Source: Lama guanicoe (taxonomy: Eukaryota). From it: a stretch of DNA of 64,000 bases. Of the stretch, positions 51,227 through 64,000 are shown one piece after another (within the stretch, counting starts at the first letter, position 1; every line of letters starts with the position of its first letter). The stretch spans positions 18,990,819-19,054,818 of the forward strand of contig MU054323.1 of assembly GCA_013239625.1 (NCBI GenBank), given 5' to 3'. Made by a program: the position numbers and the translations under genes. The notes beneath the pieces were generated by a model that saw only the letters and a list, made by a program, of their open reading frames with translations, had not been told where the DNA came from and did not search any database.

Positions 51227-51703
51227 GTTTCAATCCCACTACATCGCACAGGAATTGATAGCTGTACAAAATGTGTGGCAAAAATCCAAAAAGGTAATTT
51301 TTAAAAAATACATCAACTAATATTCTCTTTATTTGATGCTGGCAACATAGGCAAACTGAATATACTTTAATTCATTGATTTAATTTTCCTTAAAATTTAT
51401 ATTTGTTAAGCTGTACCCTTTTGATATGTATATTTTCTGTGTACACAGTATTTTTCAATAAAAAGCTTTTTAAAAATAGACACCATTTATAGTAAAAAAA
51501 AGTAAAAACTAAAAACACTTGGGAAGATTTTAACAAGAGGTACGTAAAACTTATATAGAAACAAATGGAACTTTACTAAAATTTAATAAGGACACATAAG
51601 TAGAAAGAGATCCTATGTTCATCAATAAGATTATAGTTGTAGAAATAGCAACACTCCCTAAATGCTACAGATTCAATGATACTGTAATAAACATTTATTA
51701 TCA

Positions 51704-51846
51704 TCTCATAATAACCTATAATGGAAAAGAATCTATACAAATAATATACATGTATATACACACACACATATATATATATAACTGAATCACTTTGCTGTGT
51801 ACCTGAAACTAATGAAACATTGTAAATCAACTATAATTTTAAAAAA
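51704..51846 (+). mobile_element. Very short L1 3' tail insertion
   Basis: 'ataacctataatggaaaagaatct...aactgaatcactttgctgtgtacctgaaactaa'; TSD core ttattatca / ttattacca. Confidence 0.82.
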
Positions 51847-52369
51847 TTATTACCAGATTTTTCATGAAACATGACATAGAACTTTCATTTCAAATTTATA
51901 TGGAAGGGTAAATGGCTAAGAAACTTTGAGAGACTTCTGAAAGAAAGAATAAAGAGAAGGCAGGAGATTGCCATGTCATATAGTAGCACTCATTATAAAG
52001 CTCTAGAAGTGAAGGTTATTTGGTACATTTGGAATTTAAGGGGAAATAGGGTCTTGAGATCAGAAAGAAGCACCTATTTATTGCAAATTTTCCAGTTCTA
52101 AGGTTCAGGAATGCAGTCACAATGTTCATTATATCATTATAATAAATAAAGCAAAAGATCCATGCATTGAGTAGTGATGGCAATGTATCATAAATAGGGA
52201 TTATGAATCAAAACAATTATTTGCACCCAAGAGTCAACAGAACAAAGAGATGGAAAAGGAGGCTAAATAATGAAGACTTGCAGAGGCTGTTGAAATGGAA
52301 ATGATGAGAAGGAAATAAATATTTGTAATACATTATAAGTAAAAATCTAAATAAATTATTGAAGGGTGA

Positions 52370-52650
52370 AGTGGGGTAAAGTAGAAGTCAAAATGAAAGT
52401 TATTTGCTAGTGTAATTAGGAGGGCGTGAAAGAGTGATGCAGATGTGGAAAGGATGAGGACATTCAGATGCAATTGTGGTCACTTTGATTTAGAAGGGTT
52501 TACTCTCTATACCTGATAATGAAAGGTAGTGAGAGTAAAAGGTAATTTGAAATTCAAGCCTGAAATTTCTTAGGAGGACAAGGTTGATGATTCAGATATG
52601 GGAACTGTCTGCATACTGATTAATAGGTGAGATGACCTAAGGAGAGACTG
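52370..52650 (-). mobile_element. L2 fragment
   Basis: Purine-rich 'agatatgggaactgtctgcata...ggtgagatgacctaaggagag' resembles antisense L2. Confidence 0.5.
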
Positions 52651-52666
52651 AATTAACTTTACTCAT

Positions 52667-52800
52667 TATAAGAACTACATTTCTAACAGTCAGAGCTGTC
52701 AGATGCTGACATGCATTGTCTTGAACAGTACTGAGATTTCAGTTATTTGATTCATTAATAGTCATCTGACATGAATATTTAGGAAATCCCTAGACTGACT
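52667..52800 (+). mobile_element. CR1/L3 3' fragment
   Basis: 'aagaactacatttctaacagtcagagctgtc' resembles the recalled L3 3' consensus. Confidence 0.5.
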
Positions 52801-53127
52801 CAGACTTTAATCACTTTGTGAATATTAGAGTTAATGCTAAGAATTTATGGTGTATGATTTTTGCTACTTACCTCTATTGCTCTAAGTCCTACCACATTAT
52901 GTTTATAAACATATGCACAAATTTAAATCTTTTATATAAATAAATATCTAAATAAAAGCTTTGATATAAGTTATATTGTTTGCCAAGGGAATGAATATCC
53001 TTTGTGTTTGAGAATGTCACTCTCCTCATTGGGCAGAACTTAATTTTTACAGTGTTAACATATTTGGATGAGATATCATAAAATGAAATTGGAGTAAGGG
53101 CCAAAATTAAGTCAAGATATGGCTTTG

Positions 53128-53272
53128 GGAACTATATTCTCATTCTTGTAATGAGCTGTAATGGAAAAGAATCTGAAAAAAAGATATATGTATATATGTA
53201 ACTGAATCGCTTTGCTGTATACATGAAACTAACATTGTAAATCAACTACACTTACATAAAAAATAAGAATTA
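53128..53272 (+). mobile_element. Very short L1 3' tail insertion with TSD
   Basis: Same family as 51704; TSD aagatatggctttg (53114-53127) / aagatatgactttg (53273-53286). Confidence 0.9.
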
Positions 53273-53779
53273 AAGATATGACTTTGATTCATACACGTAG
53301 CAATTGACCTACTAACTGTGTACTCAAAAGTAGAGACAATCTGATAAAAAATTAATAATTTTATTATAAAAGAATGCACAATTTAAAGTGAATGATTTAA
53401 TATTTATTTCTCTAAAGAATAGCTTTACCTTTGATAAAGAATGTGATGCAGTTATGGATGGTAATTTCTAAGCCTCTAATTGGTGCTGTCATTTTCAGAT
53501 ACTGTTATTTATTTGTTTCTTTTTTCTCCTCTCATCTTTCCTCTTCTTGCTTTTTCCTTCTACTTGTTTCTTCTTGCTTTTCTTCTCACTCTTCGTCTAC
53601 CCTTTCTTCCTTTTGAAAAGAAGGTATAACTTTTCTGGAGTACTACAAGAATGAAAAGATGCATTTTCCAGGACCTTTATTGGGATTTTTATGTTAATAA
53701 TATAAAAAGAAATTAAGCTAAATATTTCTTGTTAATGGTTCCAAAATTTTTTCATGCCTGTACTTTCTTTACGAATAAT

Positions 53780-54360
53780 TCAAAACTAAAGCAAATTGAA
53801 AATCTTAAAGCAGCCTCAGAAAAGGTATATTAACTTTAAAGGAAAAAATAATGAAATTTGTGTTTTGTCTTTAAATTAAAACTATAGAACTCAGAAGACA
53901 GTGGAATGACCCATTAAATGTGCTACTGAAAGTACAGATAAATAAATACATGGAATCTGTCCAACTAGAGTTTTATACCCCAAAAGAATATGTTTCTAAA
54001 ATAAAACCAAGATAGAGATGTTTCTAGACAAGCAAAAGCTGAAAGAAACCATTGCTAAAACAAGATGCACTAAAACAGAAAGAAATTATTGTAAGCATGG
54101 AATTGCATGAAGAAATGAAGGGTACCTGATGTGTAAATATGTGGAAAATTTAAAAATGATATGGGTTCTTTAAAATAACAACTATGTTGTGTAATATGTA
54201 TAATATGTATAGAAGTAAGATATTTGATAATGTTACACTGAGACAAAAGAGGAGCAAAAAGAAGTCAGAATATATATTGAACAGAGTAATGAAAGTATCA
54301 CAAATTGTGAGATACAGCTAATCTTAAGGCTTTAAATGATGGTATATGTTTATAGTGAAA
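53780..54360 (+). mobile_element. Ancient L1 ORF1 3' half/inter-ORF fragment
   Basis: 'aaaatcttaaagcagcc', 'cagaagacagtggaatgac', 'caactagagttttatacc', 'caaaagctgaaagaa'. Confidence 0.7.
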
Positions 54361-54599
54361 TGCTTATCTTTACATGTACATATTTTTAAAAAAACACTTG
54401 AGATCATTAATCCATTCTTAGTTGAGCAAGAAGCTAAAACATTGAATAGGAAAGTAAACCGCCAAGGAATAAAAAGAAAAAAAATGCAGATGGGAGCAAA
54501 AATCAGTCAGATGAAATGTACATCTACAAGAGAATTAACAAATACAAAGTGAGTGCTTCAAAACCGTTGTCAGGAATTGAAAGAGACATCTCCGTGGTT

Positions 54600-54775
54600 T
54601 GGCACTGTGCACTACAACAACTTCCTGTGAAGATAAACTCTGTTCAGTATCTGTGATGTCATATAGAATTGCTTCTAGTCACGTGTGGCCTTTGAACACT
54701 TTAATATAGTTAGTGGGACTCAGAAACCAATATTTTCTATATTTAATCTCATTTCATATTTATTAATATATTATG
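54600..54775 (+). mobile_element. MER3/MER33-like hAT-Charlie fragment
   Basis: 'aacttcctgtgaagata...tctagtcacgtgtggcctttgaacactt'. Confidence 0.55.
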
Positions 54776-54799
54776 AAAAATTATATTAACACATTCAGC

Positions 54800-55345
54800 A
54801 AACTAAAAATAAACGTATTTTAGAATAGTTTTTGATTTACAGAAAAGTTACTAAAGGTAGTACAGGTTCCATCTGGAGTTTTCCCTATTATTAACCCTTT
54901 ATGTATGTGTGTTATACTGGTCACGAGATTAACTGATATTGATACATTTTTATTCTTATTCATTAGGCACACACTTCATTTAGATTCCTTAGATTTTACC
55001 TAATATCCTTTTTCTGTTCCAAAATACCATCCAGGATACCCCATTACATTTAGTCACCATGTTTCCTGAAGCTCTTGTTGATTGTAACGGTTTCTCAGAC
55101 TTTGCTTTTGATGACTTGACATTTTTGAGGAGTACTTGTCGAGCATTTTATAGAATGTTCTGTAACTGACAGTTGTTTGATGTTTTTCTGATAGACAAGG
55201 GTTATGGATTTTTGAGAGGAAGATTCAAAGGTAAAGTACAATTCCTCATCACATCATATCAAGGATACATTCTGTCAACTTATTACTGTTGCTGTTAATC
55301 TTGATCACCTGGTTGGGATTGTTTTTGTCTGGTTTCCCTGCTGTA
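54800..55345 (-). mobile_element. L1MC-type 3'UTR
   Basis: 'ttttagaatagtttttgatttacagaaaagtt', 'ccatccaggataccccattacatttagtca', 'gttaatcttgatcacctgg'. Confidence 0.8.
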
Positions 55346-55650
55346 ATAATATGTAGAGATCTATTCTTAACAAAAACTTACATAGCCAGTCGAGACCCAC
55401 AGACAATTCTTTCATCATTGAGAATTAGGGTGTTCCCATATATATTGGTATGAACTATTATTTGTTGTTTGTTTCTACCAGATCCATTTTAACTGCTTTT
55501 CTTAATCATATGACATAAATTCTCAGGGGAAATGTAGGCAATGGGGCCTATCATTAAGTCTGGAAATTACAGCTGCTCTTTACAACAACCTTATGACTTA
55601 ATGTTGAACTTTTTGACTTCCAGTTCTTTCTCATTGTACAGTGGCATATA

Positions 55651-55674
55651 TGTGTGTGTGTGTGTGTGTGTGTG
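55651..55674. repeat. (TG)12 microsatellite
   Basis: Direct reading. Confidence 0.95.
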
Positions 55675-55971
55675 TTTTCTTTTTAAGTAATCAGATGAAA
55701 TAGGAAGGCTTAATACTGCTTTTCTCAAAGCATTCTCCTTAAAAATGTGTAATTACTGTTAGGGGTTAGATTATTTGGAAAGGAAACTTACCAAACCTCA
55801 TACCATGTGGCTTTTCAAAATTTTGTCTGTTTTATGTTCACAAATTTGCTACTCAATTGTTCAGTATTTAAACAGAGCAAGAAAATGATATTTGAACAGA
55901 AAGAACCCACAAAGGGGAAAATAGGTACAATTACTACATTAAGAGACTCTTGGAAAAACACAAGACTCTGT

Positions 55972-56544
55972 TTTGTTTTGTTTTAAAATTTTTTTATTGA
56001 TTTATAATCGTTTTACAATCTTGTGTCAAATTCCAGTGTAGAGCACAATTTTTTAGTAATACATGAATATATATAGTGAGCTACCATAAGATCTTGTGTA
56101 TATTTCCCTGTGCTATATACAGCATAATCTTGTTAATCTGTTCTACAGTCTTGAAATCCCGTCTATCCCTTCCCACCCTCCACCCCCTTGGCAACCACAA
56201 GTTTGTATTCTATGTCTATGAGTCTTTTTCTTTTTTTTTTTTTGTCTTTGTCTTTTTTGTTTTTGTTTTTTTCTTTTTTTTTTTTTGTTTTTTAGATTCC
56301 ATATATGAGTGATCTCATATGGTATTTTTCTTTCTCTTTCTGGCTTATTTCACTTATGATGACATTCTCCAGGTGCATCCATGTTGCTGCAAATGGTGTT
56401 ATGTTGTCGTTTTTTATGGTTGAGTAGTATTCCATTGTATAAATATACCACAACTTTATCCAGTCATCCGTTGATGGACATTTAGGCTCTTTCCATGTCT
56501 TGGCTATTGTAAATAGTGCTGCTATGAACATTGGGGTGCAGGTG
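55972..56544 (-). mobile_element. Young 5'-truncated L1, same subfamily as 18921-19958
   Basis: ORF 56292-56531 is the ORF2p C-terminus; perfect 12-bp TSD acaagactctgt (55960-55971 / 56545-56556). Confidence 0.95.
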
Positions 56545-56639
56545 ACAAGACTCTGTCTTGATGTCTGATGAAAATACTTGATATTCTTTAAAAAAAAATC
56601 TTCCCCAAATTGAATCCTAGATTAAAGAGGCTCAAAGCT

Positions 56640-56787
56640 GGAAGGCAGGGAGAAGGGGGGCATATAGCTTAGGAGCAGAGTGCATGCTTAGCATGCATGA
56701 GGTGCTGAGTTCAATCCTTAGTACCTCCATTAAAGTAAACAAATAAACCTTATTACCTACCCCCGCAAAAAAGAAAAAAAAAATTTT
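56640..56787 (+). mobile_element. tRNA-Ala-derived SINE (Vic-1-like)
   Basis: 'tatagcttaggagcagagtgcatgcttagcatgcatgaggtgctgagttcaatccttagtacctcca' plus A tail; TSD core aggctcaaa (56628-56636 / 56792-56800). Confidence 0.9.
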
Positions 56788-57644
56788 AAGAAGGCTCAAA
56801 ACCTCCTTTTCTCCTTGCTAATGTATGGCAATAAGTGAACTTAGAGTGTAGGGTATAAAAGCATGCAAGGGATAAAATAAGGTAAAGAAAAAAAATTTAC
56901 ATGTTGTCCCTTAATATAATTATCTCAGAATACATGAGAGTCTCCAGATTTATTTTGTCCTTGTCCCTCCTTTTTTCATGTTATAGGTTGGTGTCAGTAT
57001 GTGAAAAGATATATTTAAAATGGCATATATAGAAAGTGGGAACAGAATATAAGACAAGTATAGCATGGGAGAAACCGCGAGCCAGCGGAACCACGTGAGA
57101 GCCAACATGCAGCGTTGCTGGACTGGCGCCGTGTCATGTGAAGGGCCACCACAGGCAGTGGCTCAGCTGAGGAAGTCAGGAGGATCTATAATTAAACCAA
57201 AGCAAACTTCAAGTGTTCTATTCCGGGGCTAACTTTTCAAAATACCATATTTTCTGCATAAGCCATCAAGATTTTGGCTGGATTTAGTAAGTGACCATTT
57301 TGCCAGAATTTCCTCCCACACACTGTGCTTCTTCTCAGAGGAGAATATAGTATTTTCATGGTATTTATGGTTCCGCTCAAGCATAAATCTCCCTAGCCGG
57401 AATATGATAAAACTGTTTGAAGTGAAAGTAAGGACACTTAATTCTCTCTTATCAGGAAAGGGCTTAACTCTCTTCCCGATTACCTCTTCCCCCCAAAATC
57501 ACTCACTGTATTAAATGCATCCTATTTCATGAGTTATTAAAAATCAAAGAGGCCTGGGACTCAAAACTGTTCTATGACAGTGTATTTCCAGGGCTATTAT
57601 AAAACACAACTAACTTTAAATTTAACAACATATAGATTTTTTAA

Positions 57645-57812
57645 ATGTTTCTTCTGTATAGCACAGGGAACTATGTTCAATGTCTTGTAATAACCTTTAA
57701 TTAAAAAATATGAAAACAAGGATATATATGTATATGCATGACTGGGACATTGTGCTGTACACCAGAAATTGATACATTGTAACTGATGACTTCAATTTTT
57801 AAAAAATTAAAT
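57645..57812 (+). mobile_element. Short L1 3' tail, same subfamily as 17785
   Basis: 'ttcttctgtatagcacagggaactat...atatgcatgactgggacattgtgctgtacaccagaaattga'. Confidence 0.85.
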
Positions 57813-57827
57813 TTCAGTGATAAAAAA

Positions 57828-58380
57828 TGAACAAACATTGAAGTGACTACTTTTTGTCAGGCACTGTAGAGCTACAAAGTAAACAAATGAGACAGAGAAT
57901 CCATTCTTAAGGACTGATAGTTTTGTAGGATATTAAAGCTACTGACGGAATTCTGGAATTAGATTAGATGTCATTGAAGCCTGTTCCTTTAACAGATATG
58001 TACTGAGTGCCTAGGAAAGTTCTATGTGCTGAGGGGGCTTCCAAATACCTTCTGCCCATATCAGAAATTCAGGTGGGGCAAGGTAAACAATAAAGAAAAT
58101 AAATAATATTACAGAGAGAATGGTAAGCAGGAAAGAATATAGAATTTAGGGTTGAGACTTTGCAATTTTATGAGGGGTGGCCAAGGAAGGTCTCCTTGAT
58201 AAGATCACATCTATGTAATGTCCTGAAGCAGGTGAAGGAGTGACAGGTGGGTATCTTGGAACAGGGTATTCCAGGGAAACGGAAGAGGAGGCGGAAAGGC
58301 TCTGAGATGGGGGAGAATGGCTGCTTATGTTTAAAAGACTGCAAGCCAGCCAACCTGGCAGGAGCGGAACGGGCAAGGTG
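57828..58380 (-). mobile_element. L2 (L2a-like) 3' fragments
   Basis: 'tgtcaggcactgt', 'aacagatatgtactgagtgcct', 'ggggtggccaaggaaggtctc', 'tattccagggaaacggaag...aaaggctctgag'. Confidence 0.75.
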
Positions 58381-59894
58381 GCGGCAGGAGTGGCGCTTCC
58401 CACCATTAAGACCGTGACTTGCCAAACTGTGACTTTGAAGCCCTCTCTTAGGATACATCATCTTACAGATGACTCAGCATTTTTCTTTCTCTTTCTCTGA
58501 CCTCAAGTAAGTGGACTGAGGTGGGATACCTTGGCTTATAACTACAAAAGGCATGATATTCGCAGAATCGCTTCTGATTGGAATACAGCCGTTAACTGTC
58601 GTTAACTAGGCAAACATTCTTACTGGCTTGGGGGGAACACTGTTTACAAATTACTTGTTATGATTCTCCGTCTTCAAAGGGGTTTTCAAACCAGTGGGGA
58701 GAGTTGATTAGTTCTTTCATCTTCTCTGTGGAAAAAGACATGATAAAATTTAGTGGGGGTGGGGCAGACGGGACACTCTAAAGCAGACATTAGAAGCCAG
58801 TCTCAGTGAAGATGCACTGATTCCCTCCCTCTGCCCCTTGCATCCAACTTAACGTGATGTCTTGTCCATAGAAAGCCCTTAGTAAATATTTGTGAGCTCT
58901 TGGCTGATAGAACCTGTGGATGTTTTAAATGAGGGCTCTATTAAAGGAAATAATGACTAGGCAAAGTTCACTCCAGCTGAAACGGGTAGAGCTACTTAAT
59001 TATCATTTAGAAGAAGCACACACGTCAGTGTTTCCAGGCCCGCAGACCTCTCGCCGTGCACACTGATGTGAGGCTGCAGCTACACCTATGCTTAGGCCGT
59101 CACCTAGAGTTGGGAGCCACATCAGGCTGACCACTGGGCCACTGGTTTCTTGCTTTGGTTCCGTAAGTGGCAACGCCATAAAGCAGATGCACTGGGTCAT
59201 CTCTGGGGGCAGAGAAGACACCCTAACCTCAGACGGCTTCCACAACTCTGCACCATCTTCAGTCTCTTCACGTTCACTCTCCTTGAGGGTTGATGTGAAG
59301 AGCCTGGCATCATTCTAGGTGCCGGGGAACAGGGATTAGACAGCACCAAACACCTACGGTGACAGTAACAAAATCTCTGCCTCATGCACTTCAACTTCTA
59401 CTGGGGAATAACAGATCCAAACAAAATCAATAGTATCGTTGATGACATCACAGAGAAAGTTTAAAAAGAGAATAGCAAAAGGTCAGGAGTGAGCTGTAAG
59501 GATTCGAATGCCCAAGATATTACTTATTAGATAAACTAATAAAAGATTTGAACATAGATTTTTTAACCTATATTCTGAGATTTAAAATAATGACTGCTTC
59601 ATGTATTCTGATAAGAAATAAGAAAGGGTGAGAGAAAAAATTCATCCTGTATTGTGTGTTCATACATTTTCAGAAGCACATTAATTTTATCAAAACTGCT
59701 TATAAATAGTAGCATCAGAAATAGTTACTTAAAAATCACTGATTCCAGACACTAGAAGCTTCTGAGGTTTCTATAATGTCTGATAAACCTCCAGGTAGGA
59801 AAGGAATTGGGGGGGAAAAAAGTCCTCAACAGCAACAGTTAGCTTCTTTATAAACTCAGTTACAACTGTGACGGTTAACAGTATCTCAGGCATG

Positions 59895-60363
59895 GGTGGC
59901 AGGGAAAATAATGCTGCCCCTGCAAAGAGAGCCATTGCTAGTCCCCAGAACCTGCGAACATGGCAAAAGGGAATTAAAGTTAAAGGTGCAATGAAGGTTG
60001 CTAATCCAATGACCTTCAGCTGAGAAAATTTTCCTGGCTAATTCAGATGGAACCAATAGGATCACATGGGTCCTTAAAAAGGAGACCCGTTGCTAGGCGT
60101 GGTGAGAGGAGGAGCCTGCCGTGGACGAAAGGTTAGAAAGACGCCGGTTGTTGGAGGAGATGGGGCACCAGGGAAGGCGTGTGTGTGATTCCAGAAACTG
60201 GAAAAAGACAAAAAAATGGATTTTCCCATGGACCCTCCACAGAACCTGTGTCAGATTTCTAACCTACGGAACGGTAAGAAAATAAAACCGCATTGTTTTT
60301 ATTCACAAATGAGCGCAAAGTTTATAGCGATGTGTTACATTAGCAATCTAGAAAACAAATATA
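59895..60363 (+). mobile_element. MaLR (MLT1D-like) solo LTR
   Basis: 'acatggcaaaagggaattaaagtt...aaggttgctaatc', 'atcacatgggtccttaaaa', ends 'agcaatctagaaaacaaatata'. Confidence 0.82.
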
Positions 60364-60584
60364 CCGTGATTCATGACTTTCTGCAATTGCCTGCACCGTG
60401 TCTTCTGAACACTGGTGTCTGCGTGGACACAATGTTTACCTCTCGAGCTGGGCAGAGGCAACCTCAGAGGTAAAAGAATTTGGCAGCAAAAAACTCCTCA
60501 TCTCCTTGTAAGAAGAAGAAAATGCATGAGAATAAACCTATTAATTACCTTTGAAGGAGATAAGAACATGGACAAAATTATTCT

Positions 60585-60745
60585 TAAAACCAAAAAAGAA
60601 ATGGTAATTATGTGACAGATGGAAATGTTAGCCAGGGTACGTTGGTAGTTGTTTTGCAATATGCGTATCAAATCAACACGTTTTACACCTTAAACTTACA
60701 CAATGTGATAAGTGAATAATATCTAAGTTAAGCTGAGAAAAAAAG
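60585..60745 (+). mobile_element. L1 3' tail fragment
   Basis: 'aaatggtaattatgtgac...tatcaaatcaacacgttttacaccttaaacttacacaatgt...agctgagaaaaaaa'. Confidence 0.75.
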
Positions 60746-63309
60746 GGATCCTTATTTGCTTCTATGGTTTATAATATTTTGTATCATTTAACTTTCCTTA
60801 CTAGTCAAGTAAAGGGATTTACAGCATAGTACCTGAATATTTAAAAGCAATTTTTAGGTCCAGGTGAGTTGCTTCATTGTGTGCATCCTTTTAACTAAAT
60901 GGGATTTCTCTTTAAAGATAGAGTCATATTTCTGACTTTGTGTTTTTCTCCAGAGGCTTTTGTTAATTACTGTTTCCATATTTCATAAAGTGCCTCATAT
61001 TGAGTGTGATTCATCAAAGATGCACAATTATTTTCCTCTTCTAATTCTTTTTCTTTTTTTAACTCTAGCTTTTGTATTTGGGCATTCCTTAAGTGTGGAG
61101 CTTGGCTTTTGATCTATTATCTACATATACTCTTTGTGATTTTATTCACTGTTAAAATATGAAATTTATCCAGATGAATCAACCATTATTTTTAACACGA
61201 TGCTTCTCACATAATTTTTTAAAAAGTGAAGCAAGGCACATTTACCCAGTATCTCTTATATGCCAGATACTGACAGTAATACTTTAAATGTCTACTGGGT
61301 TTTTCCATAATCACTTCTTCTAAATCACGTTTTCCTCTTGGTTCTTAATTTCTGTTAAAAGTAGACGTTTTCCCAGAAATGTCTCAGAAGAAATATGATA
61401 TAGTCTTGCAGTCTTCTTTTACAGACTTTAAATCAATCACTCTGTTTTCTTAACTGTTAATTAATTACTTACCAATTGCCGTGTTGTCTCCCTAGCCCGT
61501 ATTTGGCTTCTTAGCTCTTTTATCAGCCATGGAACCAATCCCTGATACTAAGTTCCCTCCATTGGAAATGTCTGAAATGTTTTCTCTTACTCTCAGGAAA
61601 CAAGGATTGTGTTGGAACAGAAAAATAAGGCAGTACCTTCCTCATTCATTTTCCAGTTGCTCTTCTATAATTTAAATTTCATTCACAAACGTCTCATTTT
61701 CACAAAACAAGGATATTCATTTTCTCATTATAATATTGTGAGTACAAAATTTCCAGATGACACAGAAAATATAAAGTGAAAATAGAGACCTTTGAAGTGA
61801 AAATCAAATGCTAATCCAATCCAAGGCTAAGCCTGACAGACAGACACGGGGCTAATGATTGGAGAGCTGTAAAGGGTGGTGATTACAAGGCAGAAACGTG
61901 AGCATCCCAATGCGCAGGGAGGACCTCAGAGGAAGCGTTCTTAGCTCACAGTTGTCTTCAGAGTGTGTGTCCTCTTGGGGCTGCTGAAGACAATGTCCCC
62001 TGGCTGAGTCTTCTCTGCTTTTTTTCCCTTTACTCAGAAGAAGTGCCATCACAGAACATAGATCAAAGTTCTGTGGTGGACTTGCGCTACGGGGATTGAG
62101 CCTTTGTGATTACCACAAAGGCAACAGATGGAAAACATCACTCTCTAAATACCTCTTACTGTGAAAAATCCTCTTCCTGTGCACCATGTGAAAAAAAAAT
62201 AGACATTTTCTAAAATAATGTCCTTAATTTCCTACAGAGAATGAATCACATCAACAAAAAGGTTTTATCACTATCAGGAGAGATGAAACAAAAACTATTT
62301 CATCTGCTAGAAAATGGGATGTCGGCCAGGCACTATAACATACAGAATGTAATTGAATTGTAATCCCCCCACCTGCCTCTTTAATGCATCACTCGATTCA
62401 GTTGCGGTAATGTAGACAATTGGTCGCCATTTCTATTGAAAGCATGACTGGTAAACATCATTATCTTTCTGTTTGAAGTAATCGTTATATTTGAAATTAT
62501 CCTATGTACTGATTTTTATTTCTTAGCGCAACCTGTATACTGAAATGACTGAAAATTTAAATTTAAAAACTAAACCATCAAAAATCACAATACTCCCCCC
62601 TCCCCTTTTTTTTCCTCTTTGGCAAGAGAGAACCTTGTTTCCATTAGGCTTTCTTCTCTGGTATGACATAGGCGTGTATACCATGCCTCAGGTTATAAAA
62701 GCAGGTGATTTTAAACAATGTTGCAAGTCTTTAATCCAGCCCTCTTACTTTGTGAAGACCTTTAGCTACCAGAGGGACTGAGATGGACATGTGATAGATG
62801 CAAAGTGAGCTTTGGATGTGAAATCTAGAGGCCTGGGTGCAGTTGTCTGTGAATTTATAAAAGTCGTTTAAAAGTGGTTTCACTTCCTCGCCTCTTAATG
62901 GACTGTGGTAAAATTTCCTATCTGACCAACCTAATAGCGTCATTTGAACCAACGAAGACTTGTATCTGGCAGCTAAGAACAGAGGTGTAGGCTAGACTCA
63001 AGAAAAGGAATAAAGATCTCTGGAAAAGTCAAAGAATCGTATCAATATAAACAATATTATGAGGATGCCACAGTTCCAAGGCAGCATGTTTGCCAAATAT
63101 GATTAAGATCCCACAGGGAGGGGATAGAGCTACTCAGACCCTCAAAATGCTACTACTTTTCAAGTCTCTCACTTTGCTGCTGACCAAAATACGAACATGT
63201 GCCTTCTAGTGCCCTGTGATGTTACTTGTTCTCTGAAAGCTATGTAACTACGAGAAGAGACGCTTCTTCCTAGCCTGGCTCAGAGTTGAGGGGAGAACGG
63301 AGGGTCTTA

Positions 63310-63805
63310 CTCTCGGAGTTACAAATAACACAAAGCCCTTTGTGATCTGTCCCCTTTTTCCTTCCTATTCTCTATCCAATCTCATTCCCTGAGTCCAGAC
63401 ACACTGCCCTTCACTTCCTCAAAAATTCCAGACATCTTTTGCTGCTGGGCCCCAGGCATGGCTTTCTCTTGGTCTGGAGCACTCTCCCCGCTTTCTCGTG
63501 TTCCCTGCTAACTGTGACTCAGACGCCACATCCCGGCTCGGGCACTGCTTCCCCTAGCACGCCGTGTCCTGGGTGCTGAGTTAGATAATTCCTCCACGTG
63601 CCGCTGAGCAGCTCCCGATTTTATTATCACAGACTCTGGAACATTTAGTATACTTACTGGATTGACATTCTCTTACCTCTTCCAATAGAAATGTAAGTTC
63701 TTTAAAGGCAAGGTTTGCATCTGCTAGGCCAGGGATACCGCTGTGTTTCCAGCGCCAGCATAGTTCTAGGCACGTGGAAGGTATTTGGTACATGCTTGTT
63801 GATTG
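63310..63805 (+). mobile_element. L2 3' end
   Basis: 'aaagccctttgtgatctg', 'atgtaagttctttaaaggcaagg', 'tttccagcgccagcatagttctaggcacgtggaagg...tgcttgttgattg'. Confidence 0.75.
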
Positions 63806-64000
63806 TGTGATGAAGGGGGCAGTGACTGACTGCCTGCTCCTACATTCTGCTCATGCGGTTTTCGTGGCTCAGTTCTACTGTCCCAGAAACTGCAGAGACC
63901 CGCTCCTTTGTTGACACAGCCATGTCCTGACTATATTTGCCCCTCTGCTTGCTGCTGAGTGAAATGGGTCATGAAGTCATGCTTCAGCTATAACCCAGTT

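Noticed and set aside
56662..56729. tRNA-Ala-like sequence as a real tRNA gene (also in the three other copies)
   Set aside because: Followed by SINE body and A tail, flanked by TSDs, with mismatched stems; these are SINE heads
1..64000. L1 strand bias as evidence for a host gene direction
   Set aside because: L1 copies occur on both strands in similar numbers, so no direction can be inferred

Overview
Mammalian, AT-rich, repeat-dominated genomic DNA, most likely from a camelid (alpaca/llama/camel). The evidence is four copies of a tRNA-Ala-derived SINE matching my recollection of the camelid Vic-1 family, with no Alu, Bov-A/BovB, PRE-1 or Can-SINE seen. I recognise no host protein-coding gene, RNA gene or processed pseudogene, so the window is intergenic or deep-intronic. 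The only ORFs with recognisable products are LINE-1 ORF2 remnants, the best being 19240-19917 (-). The window holds young and old L1 copies on both strands, MIR, L2 and CR1 relics, MaLR/ERV solo LTRs and hAT/Tigger MITEs, several with readable target-site duplications (TSDs). I found no previously undescribed biological system. The most noteworthy items are structural: an internally deleted L1 that keeps both ends, a SINE+L1 cassette inside one TSD pair, a twin-priming L1 inversion, an L1-in-L1 nest, a fold-back inverted duplication, several short tandem duplications, candidate conserved non-coding blocks and candidate minus-strand exons. Repeat family names come from recalled consensus sequences, not from a search, and boundaries of old elements are approximate.
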